A stretch of DNA of 64,000 nucleotides from Bacteroidota bacterium (GTDB lineage Bacteria > Bacteroidota > Bacteroidia > JABDFU01). Shown piece by piece: positions 51,001-60,604 of the stretch (position 1 is its first letter; each line of letters opens with the position of its first letter). Location of the stretch: the NCBI GenBank assembly GCA_016183775.1, contig JACPDY010000002.1, positions 16,060 through 80,059 of the forward strand, written 5' to 3'. The notes below the pieces were generated by a model that was given only the letters and a program-made list of their open reading frames with translations, was not told the origin of the DNA and did no database searches. The position numbers and the translations under genes are program-made.

Positions 51001-51138
51001 GGGCGTACCGGTTTTATTATTATTGGCGGCAAAAGCAAGCAAATTGCTTACAATAAAAAATATTGTATTAAAGAAATATGTTTTTACCCTAACGGGATGT
51101 GGCATATTTATTTTATTAAATTGCGCTATAATTTCCAT
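48079..51138 (-). CDS. giant secreted SBBP beta-propeller / SprB-repeat surface protein with conserved Cys-rich C-terminal module (paralog 5)
   Basis: ENKGQ...HPGADPNQI N-terminal domain; ~8 SBBP repeats (W.T.YGG.N.D...SI..D.SGN.Y.(A/T)G.T.S.DFP.Q); SprB-type repeats; C-terminus ...CTTCGCKEWIM...DLAVP-stop. Confidence 0.75.
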   Translation of the reverse strand: MEIIAQFNKINMPHPVRVKTYFFNTIFFIVSNLLAFAANNNKTGTPDSKEQIRHWMQNQSVKFLENKGQMTDMEGNPVPFVLFKAEVPGLDMYITERGITYTFLQAEEKEDEQTERENKVKMFTESDENIIFKWERVDMELKDASIKKENVCKENPSTSDYNYFYGHCPEGIYGVKQFDKIVIRKIYPGIDWVLYNSSDKGFKYDFIVHPGADPNQIQLVYSSLNQLKLNNHGEIKLKTDRGTLTENAPYSYIQETDQEVASKFQLTSTKQCDDYYQTTITFSFITSSLNHLSTLIIDPQLTWGTLIGGNSADGIMSMDCDASGNIYVAGYTTSTNFPTQSSGSAYFQGVSGSPTDAFIVNFSNSGILNWATYYGGSNSDYAISIEIDISGNIYVAGYSASFDFPAQAWGSAYFDNVLGSSGSDVFILRFSNTGARDWATLYGGNNFDNGYSIDSDVLGNIYITGSTRSIDFPVQSWGGAYFNSALGGAQDGFVLRFSATGNCDWATYYGGSGADNGYSIKTNASGNIYITGITSSTDFPIQAGTGPFLGAYLDAVFGGGGFGDAFILRFSNAGIREWATFYGGSNSDEGHSITIDVSGNMFLMGVTKSSDFPTQNAGTYFDGALGGTQDVFILKFDNAGIRQWATYYGGSNDEIRAFYETFDNIQTDNCGNLYVSFDTRSTDITTLNPGCGTYFDGIFGAGTGSPPPFDIFITKFTSNGQLLWASYIGSNGEDLRYSLTIDNDRNLFLAGEFLNYTSGTALPLFNPGGSAYFDNTPNGLDDSFILKFTPVLPTYTSTQVNISSCACDGTATVTVTNCGALPLNYIWSNGNNTINSSSAANTITNLCPGPYWVEVTDATCNRDTIYYSLTGSAGSLNLISNQNANCSGLGSATITATNGTAAYTYFWNNGQTAQTATGLTTGNYTVTVTDSKGCTASSTAAIISLPALTGQFTKGTASCTTCGCKEWIMVTAAGGTSPYTYLWPDGSARRYKNQLCPGAYTINIKDKTGCNINIDLAVP

Positions 51139-53045
51139 GCATTATTTATTGACGATCAATTTTTGTTTATAAATAGAGTTATCGGATGTTGCGGAAATAA
51201 TATAAACACCGGGTGAAAGTGTATTGGAAGGATCAATCGCTACAATATTTTCACTATGTTTCTCTAATACAATTATTTTTGATAAAATCTCCGCTAATTA
51301 TGTTTTCCATCATAGTCAGTTTGCTTCAGCCGGTAGTAATTTATTCCTTTTAGCGGCTTCGAATCAATTAATTCATATTCCAATTTTGTTGTATTGTTAC
51401 CGGCGCCCTTTATTGTTTGCACTAAGTCGTAATTTGAACCATTCCCCGAACGCTCAACGGTAAAATAATCATTATTAGTTTCTGTGGCTGTTGACCAGTT
51501 GAGTTTTACAAATGACTTTTCAGATACCGCGGTAAATCCAAGTAATTCAATTGGAAGCCAATTTACCTGTGAGATTGAAGCAAGGGCAAATGGACTAAAA
51601 CTTGTAACCGCGGCACTTGAAACAACTGTACCGGAAGTGGTGCTGCCGGTTGTGCCGCCATTACCATAATCCTGCCACTTTGTTCCGTCCCACTTTGCAA
51701 CAGTAAGGTCAGTCAATGAAGCTACATTACATAACGGCAGCGCTATTGTGTTCCAGGATAAAGTAACCGTCGCATCGCCAGACCCGGACGCTTGATCTCG
51801 GTTTAAAATCCAATATTCACACTGACTTATGTTATCTATTGTACTCACTTTAGAATAATGTGAGTACATAGGGTGAGAATCTGCATTATAGTATTCAGTC
51901 ATAAACTCAAGACCATTTCCACAACACGTGTTAGAAATAGAAATAGCGATTGGACGATAATAACTTCCCTTTCCAACCGGAAATGTAAATGGATCGGTTC
52001 CTATTTTAGAACAAGCTCCGGAAATAAAACTGTTATTGTTTGCCCCTGATACCATCACGCCACTACCAAACTTAAGAATATTGACAGGACTGGTTATAGG
52101 ATCGGTTATAAGAATACCTTTAACAAACGTAAGTGTTTGACCAAAATAATTTAACAAACAACCGGATAACAAAGTGATGTTGTTTCCCGTCTTATTGATC
52201 GTTATATTTCCATCAAAAAGACCGGCAGCACCGGTCAGATCAAAATTTTGATTATTACCGCCTGCAAAAATTAACTCCCCTGTACCCCCATCAAAACCGG
52301 AGCCGACTGTTACAGTGCCCCTTGCTTCAATCTTAGCATTAGATACTCCATTCGTGTAAGAAAGATCATTGGAAACATCAATAGTATCACCTACAGCAGT
52401 AGCTATTATGGTGAAAGCGCCGCAGGTTCCTGTAGCATTAATGGTAAAGTTATAAAAGCTTGTAGATGTTAACAGGTCAATAGTAAATGTACGGGTCGCG
52501 CAGGGAGAGCTTCCGGGATTAAGGGTAAGTGTACCATTGTTATGATTAAATGTGCCGGCACTATGAGTAAATAACGTTGGGCTGGTGGTCCATGTTCCAC
52601 CAATAGAAAAAATTCCGGATGTACCAGTAAAATTCCCCCCTGACAAAGTAAACGTCCCTACATTAATAGTAATGGCAGAAGAGCCTCCTGTAAACGCACC
52701 ACTTGATACACTAAAATTCGAACTTCCAACGGTAATGGTATTCGTGCCTTGTGAAACAGTGCCGGTATATCCGGCTATTGAAAAGCCCGCTACATTAACC
52801 GCAGCATCAATACTACAATTGCCATTTTTGGTTCCTGCGCCGCCATCAAAAATAGCAATATCACCCGACCCCGGAACCGATGCACCTCCCGCTCCATTTG
52901 AACTGGCAGACCAGTTAGCTGTATTGTTCCAGCTGGAGGCTCCCACTGATACCCAGTATCGGTTAGCGGAAAAACAACAGGAAAGTAACAGAAAAGAAAG
53001 AAACATAATTAAAAGTAACGTCAAATGTGATTTTTGGGATGTCAT
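51139..53045 (-). pseudogene. T9SS type-A cargo protein, apparently frameshifted between passenger and C-terminal sorting domain
   Basis: Main ORF 51294..53045 ends ...YRLKQTDYDGKHN-stop. A -1 frame continues AEILSKIIVLEKHSENIVAIDPSNTLSPGVYIISATSDNSIYKQKLIVNK-stop, a classic T9SS C-terminal domain, ending at 51139. One extra A in the AA run at ~51296-51298 would fuse them. The intact paralog 42080..42751 has the same fn3-like domain in frame with its C-terminal domain. Confidence 0.55.
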
Positions 53046-53229
53046 TATATTTTAAAATTCAATAATGTGAATCAAAGGATTCACTGAAATGATATAACAT
53101 GCAATATATCCCTACATATAATATTCTACAAAACATCTTTCTATGAATTATTAATTTTCTGATTTTAACATTATATGCATTTTCAATCAATAAAAGCATT
53201 AATTTTAATAAAAATATTAATTCTCTGTT

Positions 53230-54780
53230 TTGAAAAAAAATTATCTGTTTACATTAATAAAATCTCTAAATATGTCGGAAAAGAGATATATAAAACTGTC
53301 ATTAAGGAAAAATGCAATTGGGGATAGCAGCAATTATCTTACACTCTTTGATATGATCGCTGCTCAAATAGAATATGATGAAAAAGCCATCAAAAGAGAT
53401 TTGGTAAATTATTCTTTGAAGAAGAATTTTGCCGTGACTAAGCTTTATCTATATCATTTGATTTTACGCACACTCAAAAATTTTCACTTTGAAACCTCTA
53501 CAGACATGTTGTTGGCAGATAAAATACAACAGGCTAATCTTTTACTTGATAAAGAATTATTCGATCAATGTGAAAATATTACTCTTAAAGCCTTATCAAT
53601 TGCTAACAAACACGAACTTAAGCTTAAGACCATTGAACTTTTGGATATTGAATTACGAGCACTTCAAGGACAACTGCAAATCAAAAAAATAAAAGAAAAG
53701 GCAGAGAAGTACTATAGAATGAAGCAAAAATTATGGGAACAGCAAGAACAGATATTTTACCTGCAAAAAATTGCGTATAATAATTTCGTCCAATTGAAAA
53801 CAGAATGGGTGACAGAACTAGAACAAAAAACCATTTTCAAGTCACCGAGTCAAATAAAAGAAGGAGATTTACTTTCCATACATGCTAAAATATTATATCA
53901 CCACGTCTGGAGCGGCTATTTATTCTCCGTAAATAAATCTGAAAAAACTTTCAAACATTTGATGAAGCTGGATATGTTATTTGACAAAAACCCGCATCTG
54001 ATCGGAGATTATTGTAATTTATACATTTCTATGCTAAACAATCTTAATGTTGTTTTATTGGGGCGTAATGATTTCAAGAGAGTTCTTCTTAACATAGAGA
54101 AAATGAAACTATTGAAAATGCGCTCTGTAGAAGGTCGAATACGTGTGCGCGAACGCCTGGTTAGTGCTGAAATGAGTTTGCATAAGCATACCGGAGAATT
54201 TGAGAATTCCCTGCCATTAGTGAATGAGGCAAACAAGTTGCTTGAAAACAAAAAACTGAGTGAGGTATATCGGATGGTATTTAATTTACACTTGTTTATT
54301 TACTATTTTGCGTTTGAGGAATACAAAACAGCACTTAGGTTTTTGAATCATTTCCTATCCGGATCAAGAAAAAATATTCGTAAAGATTTACATAAAACGG
54401 CACGCTTACTTTATATGATTACGCATTACAAACTTCGTAATTTTGATTATCTTGAATCATTCTTAAAAAACGCAGTACGATCTTTCAACAGCAATGAGGG
54501 CATGGATAAAATGGAAAGACTATTCCTTTCATTCTTCACTAATATTATTTTGATTACTAAAGAGGATGAAAGGCGATCACATTTTTTGACATTTAAATTA
54601 GCCCTCGAAAAACTTGAAAAGCAAAAAATAATGCTTGCAACGTATTTTTATAATTTCAATTTTTCTGATTGGGCAGAGGCAGAAATGACTAATAGAAAAT
54701 ACAAAGAATTTGTTTATGAAAAATTTCATCCGGACGCGTTGGCAAAATATACAAAACAGTTTAAAGCCCGAATAAATTAA
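53230..54780 (+). CDS. ~517-aa family protein C (divergent paralog of 33055 and 46514)
   Basis: LFTLIKSLNMSEKRYIKLSL... aligns with LFDTIKSLSTQEKKRIRKEMS; same length (516 aa), same AT-rich composition, convergent with giant gene 54844..57864 (63 bp apart). Confidence 0.5.
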   Translation: MKKNYLFTLIKSLNMSEKRYIKLSLRKNAIGDSSNYLTLFDMIAAQIEYDEKAIKRDLVNYSLKKNFAVTKLYLYHLILRTLKNFHFETSTDMLLADKIQQANLLLDKELFDQCENITLKALSIANKHELKLKTIELLDIELRALQGQLQIKKIKEKAEKYYRMKQKLWEQQEQIFYLQKIAYNNFVQLKTEWVTELEQKTIFKSPSQIKEGDLLSIHAKILYHHVWSGYLFSVNKSEKTFKHLMKLDMLFDKNPHLIGDYCNLYISMLNNLNVVLLGRNDFKRVLLNIEKMKLLKMRSVEGRIRVRERLVSAEMSLHKHTGEFENSLPLVNEANKLLENKKLSEVYRMVFNLHLFIYYFAFEEYKTALRFLNHFLSGSRKNIRKDLHKTARLLYMITHYKLRNFDYLESFLKNAVRSFNSNEGMDKMERLFLSFFTNIILITKEDERRSHFLTFKLALEKLEKQKIMLATYFYNFNFSDWAEAEMTNRKYKEFVYEKFHPDALAKYTKQFKARIN

Positions 54781-54843
54781 CTTGATTTTTGTTTTTACTA
54801 ATTTATTTTTCATCAAAATGTATCACTATTATTCACTAAAAAC

Positions 54844-57800
54844 TCATGGAACCGTTAGATTAACATTAATACCACACCCATTTTTGTCTTTAATATTTAT
54901 AGTGTAATTGCCCGGACAAAGTTGATTTTTATACCGGTTTATATATCCATCCGACCATGTATAAGTATACGGAGTTGTTCCTCCCGTAGCCGTGGTCATT
55001 ATCCACTCCTTGCAGCCACAACCTGCACAGTTGGCTGTACCTTTTACAAATTGTCCAGCCAAAGCGGAAGGCGAAATTATTACAGCTGTTACAGTTGAGA
55101 TACAGCTGCCTGCATCGGTAACTGTAATTGTATAAGAACCGGCAGTTATACCATTGAATTGATATGTGGCGAAAGTGCTTATGGCACTCACTCCTGTACT
55201 CCAGCTATAAGTATAAGGTCCGCTGCCATTACTTATTGTTACTGATACAGAACCTGTTCCGACACTGCATGCCGGGTTACTTAAAACAGTGCTTTGAGCT
55301 GATAAAGAACACGCGCAGCTGTTAACAACAATATTTTCAGTTAACGAATCTTTATTACACCCGTCATCAACAACCAGTTTTACAGCATAGGTTCCGGCAA
55401 CAGCATATATAATACCTGAAGGATTTTGTTGGGCGGAAAAATTGGGTGTGCCACCTGCGAATGTCCAGCTATAAACAGGAACAGCACCGGAGCAGCTTGT
55501 GGTATAGCTTCCATTAAAATTTTGCGCTGAATTGGGACAAAAGCCGTTGTTGTTTGTAAATGCTATGGTGCCAACTGTTGGTGATCCGCACATGGAAGCA
55601 CATAGCGATGCGATCACAAGATCATAACTTCCGGCATTTGTCGTTTGAAATGCGCCCGGAGTTACAGGAAAAACGGGAAATGCATATCCCAATAAGAAAA
55701 CAGTGTTCTTATATATGGCTATACAATTACCGGGTAATGTTTCATCATCCTGCACAGAATTTCCCCCGACATAGGTTGAACAAATAAATTGCCCGTTAGG
55801 GTCGAAATGAGCAAAGAACAGATCTTCCTTCCCGCCGAAAACAGACTGGAATGCACAGGTGCCGATTGGCATATCAGATGAATATGTATCTCCTCCCAGA
55901 TAAATGTCATTATTGCCATCCGTAATTACGCCATTACCCTCTTCCCTGCCGGCAGTACCTCCATAATAAGTCGACCATAAACGATTCCCGGCCGGATCAA
56001 ATTTTATTATAAAGGCATCTGACGCTCCTTTCCGAATGATTTGAAACGCACCTGCCGTTACAGGAAGATCAGGAGAATAGGTCAATCCGGAAACTATAAC
56101 ATTCCCGATATTGTCAGTTGTTACACTTTGACCAAAGTCAAAATCGCTGCCTCCATAATAAGTGGCCCATAAGCGTCCGCCTGCCGGATTAAATTTGACT
56201 ATATACGCATCTTCCTTTATTCCGTTAAGCGCTAACTGAAACGCCCCTGCTGATACAGGAAAATTTGCCGACTTTGTTTGTCCCGTTATTATGAAATTCC
56301 CACTGCTATCTGTGCTTATCGCATTATACATATATTCATCGGCAGTTCCTCCATAATAGGTGGCCCATAAGCGGTTGCCGGCAGAATTAAATTTCACAAC
56401 AAAAGCATCCCACAGTCCGGCCTTTGTCAGCTGAAATGCTCCTCCCGTAACAGGAAAATTTGTCGATTCTGTACAGCCTGTTATAGCTATATTTCCACCT
56501 ATATCAGCAACTACCCCAACCCCATAATCTCCTGAACTACCTCCATAAAAAGTCGCCCATAAACGGGCTCCTGCAGGGTTAAATTTTACCACAAATGCAT
56601 CCGAAGTACCACCACCGGAAACACCCTGGAACGCCCCGGCCGTTACCGGAAAATCAGTCGAGTAAGTAATACCTGTAATGGATATTTCATTGCTCCCGCT
56701 TTTATCAACACAAATACCTCTGCCTTCTTCACCAAATGTTCCTCCATAATAGGTGGCCCATAAACGGTTACCTGCATTATTAAACTTTACCACAAAGGCA
56801 TTAGAAAATGACTTTTGAACTACTTGAAACGCCCCGGCAGTTACGGGAAAATCGAATGAAGACGTTGCCCCCGTAATCACTATATTCCCATTATTATCCG
56901 TGTCTATGCCCTGCCCTTGCTCAACATCACTGCCACCGTAATAAGTGATCCAGGGGTCAACCACCAAAGGAAATGAAGAATTAAAAATTGAAAATAAAAA
57001 ATGAACGATCACCTCATTGTTTGATAAATACTCAAGCCTGTATTCCGTTTTTACATCAATAATTTTCCCATTTATATTTTGATAAACCTTTGGCAATACT
57101 TCCGTCATTTCTGCAATGGAGTTTTTAATTCTTAATTCTCCATCTTTTATTTCCACCTCATCCGCTCCGCTATACTTTAACTTTATCTGATCCGGATTTC
57201 CTCCCGGTTTTACTATTATATCATATTTTAACCCCTGCCTGCGAGCCGGGGTGCCCTCCGGCTGGCAAGCCTGCCCTTTTGCCCCGTAATATTTCAAATC
57301 TATATTGTTATAAATATTCTTTATAATCACTTCATTATATGAATTCACTTTCAGTATTCCCTGCGGACAATGTGGATAATAATAATTAGAATAACCCTCC
57401 AACTGATCTCTCTCATATATCTCCGGGTCCCGGTTACAGTTTATAAAGTCAACATCCACACGATGGAAGTTCAGCTTTTGGTTTGCTATACGTTCTTGTT
57501 TTACATTCCTGACGGCAGCCTGGTTATTTTGCTCATCATTTCTATTGTTTCTTTCTATCTCTTCCTCCCGTTCGTCAGCTTCATGCATTATCTCTCCCAA
57601 ATCACCCAGCACATAACTGAGACCGGTTTTACGCAGATATATCTGTGCTTCGCCTGCATTCCCTTTGTACAGCACTTCGGGGCAAAGATTACCACCCATA
57701 TCAATTATCTGTCCATTATTTTTTGTAAAGCACAACCCATTTCCCCGCTCAGCCTCATGACCGCCCGGATGAGCAGTAGTAGTTCGCGCAGACTTCTCAA

Positions 57801-57864
57801 AATTACCTGCGGCAAATAAATTTCCCGATATAAAAACGACTGTAATGATAAAACTTTGCCTCAT
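54844..57864 (-). CDS. giant secreted SBBP beta-propeller / SprB-repeat surface protein with conserved Cys-rich C-terminal module (paralog 6)
   Basis: Signal peptide MRQSFIITVVFISGNLFAAG; N-terminal domain KNNGQ...KPGGNPDQI; ~8 SBBP repeats; SprB-type repeat; C-terminus ...CAGCGCKEWIM...NLTVP-stop. Confidence 0.75.
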   Translation of the reverse strand: MRQSFIITVVFISGNLFAAGNFEKSARTTTAHPGGHEAERGNGLCFTKNNGQIIDMGGNLCPEVLYKGNAGEAQIYLRKTGLSYVLGDLGEIMHEADEREEEIERNNRNDEQNNQAAVRNVKQERIANQKLNFHRVDVDFINCNRDPEIYERDQLEGYSNYYYPHCPQGILKVNSYNEVIIKNIYNNIDLKYYGAKGQACQPEGTPARRQGLKYDIIVKPGGNPDQIKLKYSGADEVEIKDGELRIKNSIAEMTEVLPKVYQNINGKIIDVKTEYRLEYLSNNEVIVHFLFSIFNSSFPLVVDPWITYYGGSDVEQGQGIDTDNNGNIVITGATSSFDFPVTAGAFQVVQKSFSNAFVVKFNNAGNRLWATYYGGTFGEEGRGICVDKSGSNEISITGITYSTDFPVTAGAFQGVSGGGTSDAFVVKFNPAGARLWATFYGGSSGDYGVGVVADIGGNIAITGCTESTNFPVTGGAFQLTKAGLWDAFVVKFNSAGNRLWATYYGGTADEYMYNAISTDSSGNFIITGQTKSANFPVSAGAFQLALNGIKEDAYIVKFNPAGGRLWATYYGGSDFDFGQSVTTDNIGNVIVSGLTYSPDLPVTAGAFQIIRKGASDAFIIKFDPAGNRLWSTYYGGTAGREEGNGVITDGNNDIYLGGDTYSSDMPIGTCAFQSVFGGKEDLFFAHFDPNGQFICSTYVGGNSVQDDETLPGNCIAIYKNTVFLLGYAFPVFPVTPGAFQTTNAGSYDLVIASLCASMCGSPTVGTIAFTNNNGFCPNSAQNFNGSYTTSCSGAVPVYSWTFAGGTPNFSAQQNPSGIIYAVAGTYAVKLVVDDGCNKDSLTENIVVNSCACSLSAQSTVLSNPACSVGTGSVSVTISNGSGPYTYSWSTGVSAISTFATYQFNGITAGSYTITVTDAGSCISTVTAVIISPSALAGQFVKGTANCAGCGCKEWIMTTATGGTTPYTYTWSDGYINRYKNQLCPGNYTINIKDKNGCGINVNLTVP

Positions 57865-58024
57865 TTAAGACCGCTGATGATGCTATATTGCTTAGCAAAT
57901 TAACTTAAAAATACACATAAAATCTCCACATTATATGGACATACATTTGCCCTTGACTTCTAGGTAATCAATTTCATAACTATTTTATCAACAAAACTGA
58001 CAACAATGAACAAAAGAGTTATTT

Positions 58025-60435
58025 TTGAAAACTATTAATGATTGCTACGCATCGCACTATTTTTGCATGACAAAAAAAAACTACCTCGATGAATTAAACC
58101 CGGTGCAGCGGCAAGCTGTTGAATGCACTGAAGGCCCCGTTATGATCATTGCAGGAGCAGGTTCAGGGAAAACACGTGTTCTTACCTATCGTGTGGCACA
58201 CCTCATAGAGAAAGGAATTGACCCTTTCAACATACTTGCTCTCACATTCACTAACAAGGCCGCGCGTGAAATGAAGGAGCGAATTGCAAAGATTACCGGT
58301 AACAATGCCCGTAATTTATGGATGGGCACCTTCCATTCGGTTTTCGCGAAAATATTACGCGTTGAAGCGGACAAAATAGGATACCCCAAAAATTTCACCA
58401 TCTACGACACAGAGGATTCCAAAGGTCTGCTGAAGGATATTACCAAAGAACTCGGACTGGATGAAAAGATCTATAAACCCTCCCTGGTATACAATCGTAT
58501 TTCGGCGGCTAAAAACATGCTGATATCGGCCCAGGCATATAACCTCAACGACCGCATTACTGAAGAAGACAGGATGAGCGCCAAGCCACGGATAGGAGAG
58601 ATATACAGCAAATACAGCAACCGTTGCTTTAAAGCAGGGGCTATGGATTTTGACGATCTTCTTTTTAAAACAAACGTACTGCTGCGTGACTTTCCTGATG
58701 TACTTCACAAATACCAGGAAAAGTTCAAATATATTTTAGTTGACGAGTACCAGGATACTAACTTTTCTCAATACGTTATTGTTAAACAGCTGGCCGCACG
58801 TTTTGAAAATATTTGTGTGGTTGGTGACGACGCGCAAAGCATTTACGCGTTCCGCGGCGCGAACATTCAGAATATTCTGAATTTTGAAAAAGATTACCCT
58901 GACCTGAAGACATTTAAACTGGAACAAAACTACCGTTCAACAAAAACCATTGTCGGTGCGGCAAACAGTGTTATCGCGAACAATAAGGAACAGCTGGATA
59001 AAAAAGTATGGACAGAAAACGATCCCGGTGAAAAGATAAAAGTTACACGCGCACTGACTGACAACGAAGAGGGCATAAATGTGGCCTCTTCGATTTTTGA
59101 AACACGGGCGAATAAACAGGCCAGAAACGACGCGTTTGCCATACTGTACCGCACCAACGCACAATCGCGTGCTATGGAAGAAGCTTTACGCAAACTGAAT
59201 ATCCCCTATCGCATTTACGGAGGCTTATCATTTTATCATCGCAAAGAAATCAAGGATCTGCTGGCATACTTCCGTTTAGCGATCAACCCGCACGATGAAG
59301 AATCACTCAAGCGAATTATCAACTTCCCTGCACGTGGCATCGGACAAACAACCATAGATAAACTGATAGTCGCCGCTTCAGATAATGATGTAAGTATCTG
59401 GACAGCCATTGACAATATTATTGATTTCAAGTTGGACATTAATGCCGGAACAGCAAGTAAAATCAGCGACTTTGCCGCCATGATAAAAAGTTTTGGCGTT
59501 ATGGTTATGAAAATATACAGGAACTGCTCAATGGGTTGAAGGAGTTTGTTGAAGAAAGTGGCGAGGGACAAGAGGCGGGGGACGAGGAAGGGGATAAGTC
59601 CGAAGTCCGAAGTCCGAAGTTCGAAGAAAAAGATGAGACAGGAGACAGGAGACAGGAGTTAGAAGAAGTGGCAGGAAGCAGGAAGCAGGAAGCAGAAAAC
59701 ACAACCGATGAAAATACTGGTCTCAAATCTCAAATCTCAAATCTCAAATCTCTTGACCTATTCATGCAGGACATCGCGTTACTTACCGATGCGGATAAAA
59801 AAACAGAAGGAGAAGAAGACCGTAACCGGGTTTCGCTGATGACCATACATGCGGCCAAAGGCCTTGAATTCCCTTATGTTTATATTGTGGGCCTGGAAGA
59901 GAATTTATTTCCCTCACAAATGGCTCTTAACTCGCGCGAGGAGTTGGAAGAAGAGAGACGGCTATTTTATGTAGCCTTAACCCGCGCCGAAAAACAGGTT
60001 ACTTTAAGTTATGCTGTTACACGCTATCGCTGGGGTAATTTAATAAATTGTGAACCAAGCCGTTTTATTGATGAACTCGCAGAAGAACACCGTGAAATGC
60101 CTGCCCCACAAAGCAGGGAACATGAAGAAACCTGGGGCATTCAGACTAAACCATTTGTCAGAAAACAAAAAACACAGCAGGTTACAACAACAAAAGCATC
60201 CCCACCTAAAAATCTTGTTAAACTAAATGCTGCTTCACGATCAACCGGCAGCAATAACGATCCCGAAAATTTAAAAGACCTGCAAGCCGGCATGGAAGTG
60301 CATCACGAACGCTTTGGAACAGGAAAAGTAATAAGTATGGAAGGAGTGTTTCCGAATAACAAGGCAACGGTTTTGTTCCCTGTTGTCGGACAAAAACAAT
60401 TGTTGCTAAGGTTTGCGAAGTTGAAAATTGTGTAA
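58025..60435 (+). CDS. uvrD: ATP-dependent DNA helicase UvrD/PcrA, interrupted by an apparent 1-nt frameshift (two ORFs 58025..59539 and 59536..60435)
   Basis: Motif I AGAGSGKTRVL, II VDEYQDTN, downstream motif VI TIHAAKGLEFPYV; frames join as ...FGVMVMKNIQELLNGLKEFVEE if one A is added to the A4 run at 59510-59513; contains a low-complexity insert built from 7-bp tandem repeats. Confidence 0.8.
59598..59750 (+). repeat. four adjacent tandem heptanucleotide repeat tracts inside uvrD
   Basis: (GTCCGAA)x3 plus imperfect copy at 59598-59625; (GAGACAG)x3 at 59635-59655; (GCAGGAA)x3 at 59671-59694; (TCTCAAA)x4 at 59721-59748; encode an acidic low-complexity linker. Confidence 0.85.
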
Positions 60436-60604
60436 GCGTCAGGCTACCCTTGTCTCATCCCAGCCTGCCGGCAGCTATCGTGTGGACACAAATATGTGTG
60501 ATTTTCAATCGAATATATTGATTTCGATCAAAAACACCGAAGGTGTAAAATTATTGTAGAATAAATTTGAAAGGAAATAAATTAAGGGAGGTTTTTCTGA
60601 AAGT

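Noticed and set aside
23119-57864. Possibility that the repeated protein-coding repeats (SBBP, SprB-type) or the conserved 3' ends represent a CRISPR array or an invertible shufflon.
   Set aside because: The repeats are in-frame protein repeats of ~75-aa and ~50-aa units with degenerate DNA. There are no short identical direct repeats with unique spacers. All module-coding 3' ends are in the same orientation (direct repeats), which allows deletion or duplication but not inversion. No invertase is adjacent.
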